Assembly: GCA_036172245.1 (NCBI GenBank)
Contig: JAYWIR010000090.1
Coordinates: 248,001 to 274,032, forward strand
Direction of reading: 5' to 3'
Length of the DNA stretch: 26,032 bases
From: Raillietiella orientalis
Lineage: Eukaryota
The notes below the pieces were generated by a model. That model was not told the origin of the DNA. It did not search any database and saw only the letters and a list, made by a program, of their open reading frames with translations. Position 1 is the first letter of the stretch. Each line of letters begins with the position of its first letter. Shown here one piece after another: positions 1-11,350 of the stretch. Both the position numbers and the translations under genes were made by a program.

Positions 1-799
1 TCCTTCGCTGTGATTCATGATGTGGTAGAAATTTGCAACCTTTCAGTCTTTGTAATCAATTTAGAAATCAGGGGATTCTACTATTGCACTATTGCGCCTC
101 TTCACTAAACATCCACTTACAGTGAGTGGCAAATGGCCGTTATGGAAAGCCTCAATGCCTTCCAATTTCCTGATTTCAGAGGATGATCATGAAGAGTTCG
201 AAATTTCATTAGGGCGTGTCACTTTGGATTCTGTGTTGTTTTCATGGTAAACAGTGTCGTACCTAGAAGAGGAATCTTTTCTTCCGCTTTTATTCATGAT
301 GTGGTAGAAATTTACATCCTTTCAGGCTTTGTAATCAATTCGAATTCAGGGGATTTAAACATTGCGCTTTTGCGCTGCTTCACGTGACATCTATTTGCAG
401 AGAGTGGAAAATTCCCGTCATGGAGAGGCTCAAGGCTTTCCAATTTCCTGAATTCAGAGGATGATTAAGAAGAGTTGGAAATTAGATTAGGGCGTGGCAC
501 TTTGGTCTCTCTGTTGTTTTCATGGCAACCAGTGTCGTACCTAGAAGGGGAATCTTTTCCTTTCCTCTGATTCATGATGTGGTAGAAATTTGCATCCTTT
601 CAGGCTTTGTAATCAATTCGAATTCAGGGGATTTAAACATTGCGCTTTTGCGCTGCTTCACGTGACATCTATTTGCAGAGAGTGGAAAATTCCCGTCATG
701 GAGAGGCTCAAGGCTTTCCAATTTCCTGAATTCAGAGGATGATTAAGAAGAGTTGGAAATTAGATTAGGGCGTGGCACTTTGGTCTCTCTGTTGTTTTC

Positions 800-3700
800 A
801 TGGTAACCAGTGTCGTACCTAGAAGGGGAATCTTTTCCTTTGCTCTGATTCATTATGTGGTAGAAATTTGCAACTTTTCAAGTTTCGTTATCAATTCGAA
901 ATCAGGGGATTTAACCATTGCACTTTTGGGCTGCTTCACGTAACATCTATTTGCAGTGAGTGGCAAATTCCCGTCATGGAGAGGCTCAAGGCTTTCCGAT
1001 TTCCTGAATTCAGAGGATGATTATGAAGATCTGGAAATTAGATTAGGGCGTGGCACTTTGGTCTCTCGGTATTTTTCATGGTAACCTGTGTCGTACCTAG
1101 AAGGGGAATCTTTTCCGTTGCCCTGATTCATTATGTGGTAGAAATTTGCAAATTTTCAAGTTTTGTAATGAATTCGAAATCAGGGGATTTAACCATTGCA
1201 CTTTTGCGCTTCTTCACGAAGCATCCATTTGCAGTGAGTGTCAAATTCCCATCATGGAAGGGCTCAAGAGCTTCCTATTTCTTGATTTCAGAGCATGATT
1301 AAGAAGAGCTGGAAATTAGATTAGGCCGTGGCACTTTGGATTCTGTTTTGTTTTCATTGTAACCAGTGTCGTACCTAGAAGAGGAATCTTTTCCTTTGCT
1401 CTGTTTCATTATGTGGTAGAAATTTGCAAATTTTCAAGTTTTGTAATGAATTCGAAATCAGGGGATTTAACCATTGCACTTTTGCGCTTCTTCACGAAGC
1501 ATCCATTTGCAGTGAGTGTCAAATTCCCATCATGGAAGGGCTCAAGAGCTTCCTATTTCTTGATTTCAGAGCATGATTAAGAAGAGCTGGAAATTAGATA
1601 AGGCCGTGGCACTTTGGTCTCTCTGTTGTTTTCATGGAAACCTGTGTCGTACCGAGAAGGGGAATCTTTTCCGTTGCCCTGATTCATTATGTGGTAGAAA
1701 TTTGCAACTTTTCAAGTTTTGTAATCAATTCGAAATCAGGGGATTTAAGCATTGCTCTCTTGCGCTTCTTCACGAAGCATCTAGTTGCAGTAAGTGGCAA
1801 ATTCCCGTCATGGAGAGGCTCAACACCTTCCTATTTTTTAATTTCAGAGGATCATTACGAAGAGTCCGTAATTTCATTAGGCCGTGGCACTTTGATCTCT
1901 CTGTTGTTTTCATGGTAAGCAGTGTCGTACCTAGAAAAGGAATCTTTTTGTTCGCTCTGATTCATGATGTGGTAGAAATTTGCAGCCTTTCAGGTTTTCT
2001 GATCAATTCGAAATCAGGGGATTTCACCATTCCACGTTTGCTCCTCTTCACGAAGGATCTATTTGCAATGAGTGGCATATTCGCGTCATGGACTGGCTAA
2101 ATGCCTTCCAATTTCCTCATTTCAGAGGATGATGATGAAGAGTTGGAAATTTCATTAGGATGTGGCACTTTGGACTCTGTGTTGTTTTCAGGGTAAACAG
2201 TGTCGTACCTAGAAGAGGAATCTTTTTGTTCGCTCTGATTCATGATGTGGTAGAAATTTGCAGCCTTTCAGGCTTTGTAATCAATTGGAAATCAAAGGGT
2301 TTTGCTATTGCACTTTTGCGCCTCTTCACTAAACATCCATTTCCAGTGAGTGGCAAATGCCCGTCATGGATAGCCTGAAGGCCTTCCAATTTCCTGATTT
2401 CAGAAAATGATGATGAAGTGTTCCAAAGTTCATTAGGGCGTTTGTCTTTGGATTCTGTTTTGTTTTCATGGTAAACAGTGTCGTACCTAGAAGAGGAACC
2501 CTTCCATCGCTCTGATTCATTATGTCGTGGAAATTTGCAACTTTTCAAGTTTTGTAATCAATTCGAAATGAAGTGATTTCACCATTCCAGGTCTGCTCCT
2601 CTTCACGAAGGATCTATTTGCAGTTAGTGGCAAATTGCCGTCATAGAGAGCCTCAACGCCTTCCAATTTCCTGATTTCAGAGGATGATCATGAAGAGTTC
2701 GAAATTTCATTAGAGAGTGGCACTTTGTACTCTGTGTGGTTTTCACGGTAACCAGTGTCGTACCTAGAAGAGGAATCTTTTCCTTCCCTCTTTTTCATTA
2801 TGTGGTAGAAATTTGCAACTTTTGAAGTTTTGTAATCAATTCGAAATCAGAAGATTTCACCATTTCAGGTTTGCTCCTCTTCACGAAGGATCTATTTGCA
2901 GTGAGTGGCATATTCGCGTCATGGACAGGCTAAAGGCCTTCCAATTTCCTGATTTCAGAGGATGATCATGAAAAGTTCGAAATATCATTAGGAAGTGGCA
3001 CTTTGGACTCTGTGTTGTTTTCATGGTAACCAGTGTCGTACCTAGAAGAGGAATCTTTTCCTTCCCTCTTTTTCATTATGTGGTAGAAATTTGCAACTTT
3101 TGAAGTTTTGTAATCAATTCGAAATCAGAAGATTTCACCATTCCAGGTTTGGTCCTCTTCACGAAGGATCTATTTGCAGTGAGTGGCATATTCGCGTCAT
3201 GGACAGGCTAAAGGCCTTCCAATTTCCTGATTTCAGAGGATGATCATGAAAAGTTCGAAATATCATTAGGAAGTGGCACTTTGGACTCTGTGTTGTTTTC
3301 ATGGTAACCAGTGTCGTACCTAGAAGAGAAATCTTTTCCTTTGCTCTGATTCATTATGTGGTAGAAATTTGCAGCTTTTCAAGTTTTGTAATCAATTCGA
3401 AATGAAGTGATTTCACCATTCCAGGTCTGCTCCTCTTCACGAAGGATCTATTTGCAGTTAGTGGCAAATTGCCGTCATAGAGAGCCTCAACGCCTTCCAA
3501 TTTCCTGATTTCAGAGGATGATCATGAAGAGTTCGAAATATCATTAGAAAGTGGCACTTTGTACTCTGTGTGGTTTTCAGGGTAACCAGTGTCGTACCTA
3601 GAAGAGGAATCTTTTCCTTCCCTCTTTTTCATTATGTGGTAGAAATTTGCAACTTTTGAAGTTTTGTAATCAATTCGAAATCAGAAGATTTCACCATTCC

Positions 3701-5246
3701 AGGTTTGCTCCTCTTCACGAAGGATCTATTTGCAGTGAGTGGCATATTCGCGTCATGGACAGGCTAAAGGCCTTCCAATTTCCTGATTTCAGAGGATGAT
3801 CATGAAAAGTTCGAAATTTCATTAGGGCGTGTCACTTTGGATTCTGTGTTGTTTTCATGGTAAACAGTGTCGTACCTAGAAGAGGAATCTTTTCTTCCGC
3901 TCTTATTCATGATGTGGTAGAAATTTGCAACTTTTCAGGTTTTCTAATCAATTCGAATTCAGGGGATTTAAACATTGCGCTTTTGCGCTGCTTCACGTGA
4001 CATCTATTTGCAGAGAGTGGAAAATTCCCGTCATGGAGAGGCTCAAGGCTTTCCAATTTCCTGAATTCAGAGGATGATTAAGAAGAGTTGGAAATTAGAT
4101 TAGGGCGTGGCACTTTGTACTCTGTGTTGTTTTCGCGGCAACCAGTGTCGTACCTAGAAGGGGAATCTTTTCCTTTCCTCTGATTCATGATGTGGTAGAA
4201 ATTTGCATCCTTTCAGGCTTTGTAATCAATTCGAATTCAGGGGATTTAAACATTGCGCTTTTGCGCTGCTTCACGTGACATCTATTTGCAGAGAGTGGAA
4301 AATTCCCGTCATGGAGAGGCTCAAGGCTTTCCAATTTCCTGAATTCAGAGGATGATTAAGAAGAGTTGGAAATTAGATTAGGGCGTGGCACTTTGGTCTC
4401 TCTGTTGTTTTCATGGCAACCAGTGTCGTACCTAGAAGGGGAATCCTTTCCGTTGCTCTGATTCATTATGTGGTAGAAATTTGCAACTTTTCAAGTTTTG
4501 TAATCAATTCGAAATCAGAAGATTTAAGCATTGCACTTTTGCGCTTCTTCACGAAGCATCTATTTGCAGTAAGTGGCAAATTCCCGTCATGGAAGGGCTC
4601 AAGAGCTTTCTATTTCTTTATTTGAGAGGATGATTAGGAAGAGTTCGAAATTTCATTACGCCGTGGCACTTTGTACTCTGTTTTGTATTCTCGGCAACCA
4701 GTGTCGTACCTACAAGACGAATCTTTTCCTTTGCTCTGATTCATTATGTGGTAGAAATTTTCAACTTTTGAAGTCTTGTAATCAATTCGAAATCAGGGGA
4801 TTTTAGCATTGCACTTTTGCGCTTCTTCACAAAGGATCCATTTGCAGTAAGTGGCGAATTCCCATCGGGGAGAGGCTGAAGACCTTCCAATTTCCTGATT
4901 TCAGAGGATGATTAGGAAGAGTTCGAAATTTCATTACGCCGTGGCACTTTGTACTCTGTGTTGTTTTCATGGTAACCAGTGTCGTACCTAGAAGAGGAAT
5001 CTTTTCCTTTGCTCTGATTCATTATGTGGTAGAAATTTGCAAATTTTCAAGTTTTGTAATTAATTGGAAATCAGGGGATTTCACCATTCCAGGTTTGCTC
5101 CTCTTCACGAAGCATCTGTTTGAAGTGAGTGGCAAATTCGCGTCATGGATAGGCTCAATGCCTTCCAAGTTGCTGATTTCAGAGGATGATTAAGAAGAGT
5201 TCGAAATTTAATTAGGAAGTGGCACTTTGAATTCTGTGTTGTTTTC
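800..5246. repeat. 16-monomer HOR, copy 1 (4,447 bp; C-D-E-F-G-H-I-J-K-L-M-A'-B'-N-O-P)
   Basis: Diagnostic monomer variants recur in the same order 4,447 bp later (15x278+277). Identical ORF translations are offset by the same amount (1078/5525, 1573/6020, 2240/6687). Confidence 0.95.
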
Positions 5247-8200
5247 ATGGTAACCAGTGTCGTACCTAGAAGGGGAATCTTTTCCTTTGCTCTGATTCAT
5301 TATGTGGTAGAAATTTGCAACTTTTCAAGTTTCGTTATCAATTCGAAATCAGGGGATTTAACCATTGCACTTTTGGGCTGCTTCACGTAACATCTATTTG
5401 CAGTGAGTGGCAAATTCCCGTCATGGAGAGGCTCAAGGCTTTCCGATTTCCTGAATTCAGAGGATGATTATGAAGATCTGGAAATTAGATTAGGGCGTGG
5501 CACTTTGGTCTCTCGGTATTTTTCATGGTAACCTGTGTCGTACCTAGAAGGGGAATCTTTTCCGTTGCCCTGATTCATTATGTGGTAGAAATTTGCAAAT
5601 TTTCAAGTTTTGTAATGAATTCGAAATCAGGGGATTTAACCATTGCACTTTTGCGCTTCTTCACGAAGCATCCATTTGCAGTGAGTGTCAAATTCCCATC
5701 ATGGAAGGGCTCAAGAGCTTCCTATTTCTTGATTTCAGAGCATGATTAAGAAGAGCTGGAAATTAGATTAGGCCGTGGCACTTTGGATTCTGTTTTGTTT
5801 TCATTGTAACCAGTGTCGTACCTAGAAGAGGAATCTTTTCCTTTGCTCTGTTTCATTATGTGGTAGAAATTTGCAAATTTTCAAGTTTTGTAATGAATTC
5901 GAAATCAGGGGATTTAACCATTGCACTTTTGCGCTTCTTCACGAAGCATCCATTTGCAGTGAGTGTCAAATTCCCATCATGGAAGGGCTCAAGAGCTTCC
6001 TATTTCTTGATTTCAGAGCATGATTAAGAAGAGCTGGAAATTAGATAAGGCCGTGGCACTTTGGTCTCTCTGTTGTTTTCATGGAAACCTGTGTCGTACC
6101 GAGAAGGGGAATCTTTTCCGTTGCCCTGATTCATTATGTGGTAGAAATTTGCAACTTTTCAAGTTTTGTAATCAATTCGAAATCAGGGGATTTAAGCATT
6201 GCTCTCTTGCGCTTCTTCACGAAGCATCTAGTTGCAGTAAGTGGCAAATTCCCGTCATGGAGAGGCTCAACACCTTCCTATTTTTTAATTTCAGAGGATC
6301 ATTACGAAGAGTCCGTAATTTCATTAGGCCGTGGCACTTTGATCTCTCTGTTGTTTTCATGGTAAGCAGTGTCGTACCTAGAAAAGGAATCTTTTTGTTC
6401 GCTCTGATTCATGATGTGGTAGAAATTTGCAGCCTTTCAGGTTTTCTGATCAATTCGAAATCAGGGGATTTCACCATTCCACGTTTGCTCCTCTTCACGA
6501 AGGATCTATTTGCAATGAGTGGCATATTCGCGTCATGGACTGGCTAAATGCCTTCCAATTTCCTCATTTCAGAGGATGATGATGAAGAGTTGGAAATTTC
6601 ATTAGGATGTGGCACTTTGGACTCTGTGTTGTTTTCAGGGTAAACAGTGTCGTACCTAGAAGAGGAATCTTTTTGTTCGCTCTGATTCATGATGTGGTAG
6701 AAATTTGCAGCCTTTCAGGCTTGGTAATCAATTGGAAATCAAAGGGTTTTGCTATTGCACTTTTGCGCCTCTTCACTAAACATCCATTTCCAGTGAGTGG
6801 CAAATGCCCGTCATGGATAGCCTGAAGGCCTTCCAATTTCCTGATTTCAGAAAATGATGATGAAGTGTTCCAAAGTTCATTAGGGCGTTTGTCTTTGGAT
6901 TCTGTTTTGTTTTCATGGTAAACAGTGTCGTACCTAGAAGAGGAACCCTTCCATCGCTCTGATTCATTATGTCGTGGAAATTTGCAACTTTTCAAGTTTT
7001 GTAATCAATTCGAAATGAAGTGATTTCACCATTCCAGGTCTGCTCCTCTTCACGAAGGATCTATTTGCAGTTAGTGGCAAATTGCCGTCATAGAGAGCCT
7101 CAACGCCTTCCAATTTCCTGATTTCAGAGGATGATCATGAAGAGTTTGAAATTTCATTAGAAAGTGGCACTTTGTACTCTGTGTGGTTTTCAGGGTAACC
7201 AGTGTCGTACCTAGAAGAGGAATCTTTTCCTTCCCTCTTTTTCATTATGTGGTAGAAATTTGCAACTTTTGAAGTTTTGTAATCAATTCGAAATCAGAAG
7301 ATTTCACCATTTCAGGTTTGCTACTCTTCACGAAGGATCTATTTGCAGTGTGTGGCATATTCGCGTCATGGACAGGCTAAAGGCCTTCCAATTTCCTGAT
7401 TTCAGAGGATGATCATGAAAAGTTCGAAATATCATTAGGAAGTGGCACTTTGGACTCTGTGTTGTTTTCATGGTAACCAGTGTCGTACCTAGAAGAGAAA
7501 TCTTTTCCTTTGCTCTGATTCATTATGTGGTAGAAATTTGCAACTTTTCAAGTTTTGTAATCAATTCGAAATGAAGTGATTTCACCATTCCAGGTCTGCT
7601 CCTCTTCACGAAGGATCTATTTGCAGTTAGTGGCAAATTGCCGTCATAGAGAGCCTCAACGCCTTCCAATTTCCTGATTTCAGAGGATGATCATGAAGAG
7701 TTCGAAATTTCATTAGAGAGTGGCACTTTGTACTCTGTGTGGTTTTCACGGTAACCAGTGTCGTACCTAGAAGAGGAATCTTTTCCTTCCCTCTTTTTCA
7801 TTATGTGGTAGAAATTTGCAACTTTTGAAGTTTTGTAATCAATTCGAAATCAGAAGATTTCACCATTCCAGGTTTGCTCCTCTTCACGAAGGATCTATTT
7901 GCAGTGAGTGGCATATTCGCGTCATGGACAGGCTAAAGGCCTTCCAATTTCCTGATTTCAGAGGATGATCATGAAAAGTTCGAAATATCATTAGGAAGTG
8001 GCACTTTGGACTCTGTGTTGTTTTCATGGTAACCAGTGTCGTACCTAGAAGAGGAATCTTTTCCTTCCCTCTTTTTCATTATGTGGTAGAAATTTGCAAC
8101 TTTTGAAGTTTTGTAATCAATTCGAAATCAGAAGATTTCACCATTCCAGGTTTGGTCCTCTTCACGAAGGATCTATTTGCAGTGAGTGGCATATTCGCGT

Positions 8201-10249
8201 CATGGACAGGCTAAAGGCCTTCCAATTTCCTGATTTCAGAGGATGATCATGAAAAGTTCGAAATATCATTAGGAAGTGGCACTTTGGACTCTGTGTTGTT
8301 TTCATGGTAACCAGTGTCGTACCTAGAAGAGAAATCTTTTCCTTTGCTCTGATTCATTATGTGGTAGAAATTTGCAGCTTTTCAAGTTTTGTAATCAATT
8401 CGAAATGAAGTGATTTCACCATTCCAGGTCTGCTCCTCTTCACGAAGGATCTATTTGCAGTTAGTGGCAAATTGCCGTCATAGAGAGCCTCAACGCCTTC
8501 CAATTTCCTGATTTCAGAGGATGATCATGAAGAGTTCGAAATATCATTAGAAAGTGGCACTTTGTACTCTGTGTGGTTTTCAGGGTAACCAGTGTCGTAC
8601 CTAGAAGAGGAATCTTTTCCTTCCCTCTTTTTCATTATGTGGTAGAAATTTGCAACTTTTGAAGTTTTGTAATCAATTCGAAATCAGAAGATTTCACCAT
8701 TCCAGGTTTGCTCCTCTTCACGAAGGATCTATTTGCAGTGAGTGGCATATTCGCGTCATGGACAGGCTAAAGGCCTTCCAATTTCCTGATTTCAGAGGAT
8801 GATCATGAAAAGTTCGAAATTTCATTAGGGCGTGTCACTTTGGATTCTGTGTTGTTTTCATGGTAAACAGTGTCGTACCTAGAAGAGGAATCTTTTCTTC
8901 CGCTCTTATTCATGATGTGGTAGAAATTTGCAACTTTTCAGGTTTTCTAATCAATTCGAATTCAGGGGATTTAAACATTGCGCTTTTGCGCTGCTTCACG
9001 TGACATCTATTTGCAGAGAGTGGAAAATTCCCGTCATGGAGAGGCTCAAGGCTTTCCAATTTCCTGAATTCAGAGGATGATTAAGAAGAGTTGGAAATTA
9101 GATTAGGGCGTGGCACTTTGTACTCTGTGTTGTTTTCGCGGCAACCAGTGTCGTACCTAGAAGGGGAATCTTTTCCTTTCCTCTGATTCATGATGTGGTA
9201 GAAATTTGCATCCTTTCAGGCTTTGTAATCAATTCGAATTCAGGGGATTTAAACATTGCGCTTTTGCGCTGCTTCACGTGACATCTATTTGCAGAGAGTG
9301 GAAAATTCCCGTCATGGAGAGGCTCAAGGCTTTCCAATTTCCTGAATTCAGAGGATGATTAAGAAGAGTTGGAAATTAGATTAGGGCGTGGCACTTTGGT
9401 CTCTCTGTTGTTTTCATGGCAACCAGTGTCGTACCTAGAAGGGGAATCCTTTCCGTTGCTCTGATTCATTATGTGGTAGAAATTTGCAACTTTTCAAGTT
9501 TTGTAATCAATTCGAAATCAGAAGATTTAAGCATTGCACTTTTGCGCTTCTTCACGAAGCATCTATTTGCAGTAAGTGGCAAATTCCCGTCATGGAAGGG
9601 CTCAAGAGCTTTCTATTTCTTTATTTGAGAGGATGATTAGGAAGAGTTCGAAATTTCATTACGCCGTGGCACTTTGTACTCTGTTTTGTATTCTCGGCAA
9701 CCAGTGTCGTACCTACAAGACGAATCTTTTCCTTTGCTCTGATTCATTATGTGGTAGAAATTTTCAACTTTTGAAGTCTTGTAATCAATTCGAAATCAGG
9801 GGATTTTAGCATTGCACTTTTGCGCTTCTTCACAAAGGATCCATTTGCAGTAAGTGGCGAATTCCCATCGGGGAGAGGCTGAAGACCTTCCAATTTCCTG
9901 ATTTCAGAGGATGATTAGGAAGAGTTCGAAATTTCATTACGCCGTGGCACTTTGTACTCTGTGTTGTTTTCATGGTAACCAGTGTCGTACCTAGAAGAGG
10001 AATCTTTTCCTTTGCTCTGATTCATTATGTGGTAGAAATTTGCAAATTTTCAAGTTTTGTAATTAATTGGAAATCAGGGGATTTCACCATTCCAGGTTTG
10101 CTCCTCTTCACGAAGCATCTGTTTGAAGTGAGTGGCAAATTCGCGTCATGGATAGGCTCAATGCCTTCCAAGTTGCTGATTTCAGAGGATGATTAAGAAG
10201 AGTTCGAAATTTAATTAGGAAGTGGCACTTTGAATTCTGTGTTGTTTTC
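5247..10249. repeat. 18-monomer HOR variant (5,003 bp): the 16-mer plus two extra monomers (starts 7192 and 7470)
   Basis: The offset to copy 1 changes from 4,447 before about 7,140 to 5,003 after about 7,700 (ORFs 4413/9416, 4969/9972, 5525/10528). The difference is 556 = 2x278. Confidence 0.95.
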
Positions 10250-11350
10250 ATGGTAACCAGTGTCGTACCTAGAAGGGGAATCTTTTCCTTTGCTCTGATT
10301 CATTATGTGGTAGAAATTTGCAACTTTTCAAGTTTCGTTATCAATTCGAAATCAGGGGATTTAACCATTGCACTTTTGGGCTGCTTCACGTAACATCTAT
10401 TTGCAGTGAGTGGCAAATTCCCGTCATGGAGAGGCTCAAGGCTTTCCGATTTCCTGAATTCAGAGGATGATTATGAAGATCTGGAAATTAGATTAGGGCG
10501 TGGCACTTTGGTCTCTCGGTATTTTTCATGGTAACCTGTGTCGTACCTAGAAGGGGAATCTTTTCCGTTGCCCTGATTCATTATGTGGTAGAAATTTGCA
10601 AATTTTCAAGTTTTGTAATGAATTCGAAATCAGGGGATTTAACCATTGCACTTTTGCGCTTCTTCACGAAGCATCCATTTGCAGTGAGTGTCAAATTCCC
10701 ATCATGGAAGGGCTCAAGAGCTTCCTATTTCTTGATTTCAGAGCATGATTAAGAAGAGCTGGAAATTAGATTAGGCCGTGGCACTTTGGATTCTGTTTTG
10801 TTTTCATTGTAACCAGTGTCGTACCTAGAAGAGGAATCTTTTCCTTTGCTCTGTTTCATTATGTGGTAGAAATTTGCAAATTTTCAAGTTTTGTAATGAA
10901 TTCGAAATCAGGGGATTTAACCATTGCACTTTTGCGCTTCTTCACGAAGCATCCATTTGCAGTGAGTGTCAAATTCCCATCATGGAAGGGCTCAAGAGCT
11001 TCCTATTTCTTGATTTCAGAGCATGATTAAGAAGAGCTGGAAATTAGATGGCCGTGGCACTTTGGTCTCTCTGTTGTTTTCATGGAAACCTGTGTCGTAC
11101 CGAGAAGGGGAATCTTTTCCGTTGCCCTGATTCATTATGTGGTAGAAATTTGCAACTTTTCAAGTTTTGTAATCAATTCGAAATCAGGATTACATTGTTT
11201 CTGCGCTTCTTCACGAAGCATCTATTTGCAGTAAGTGGCAAATTCCCGTCATGGAGAGGCTCAACGCCTTCCAATTTCCTGATTTCAGAGGATGATTACG
11301 TGAAGAGTCCGAAATTTCATTAGGCCGTGGCACTTTTCTCTGTTGTTTTC
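10250..11350. repeat. Truncated third HOR copy (C-D-E-F*), ending in an indel-rich monomer
   Basis: It matches 800 onward until about 11,049. The monomers starting at 10806 and 11082 are 276 and 269 bp long. Confidence 0.9.

Noticed and set aside
380..388. Budding-yeast CDEI element (GTCACGTG on the minus strand)
   Set aside because: It is an 8-bp match in one monomer subtype, with no very AT-rich CDEII or CDEIII next to it.
960..990. CENP-B box suggested by CGGGA on the minus strand (TCCCGTCATGG)
   Set aside because: The TTCG and the A of NTTCGNNNNANNCGGGN are not at the required spacing.
800..1077. Monomer as a direct dimer of 139-bp subunits
   Set aside because: Only short words (TTCGAAAT, GTGGCA) recur in direct orientation. 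The internal similarity is better explained as an inverted repeat.
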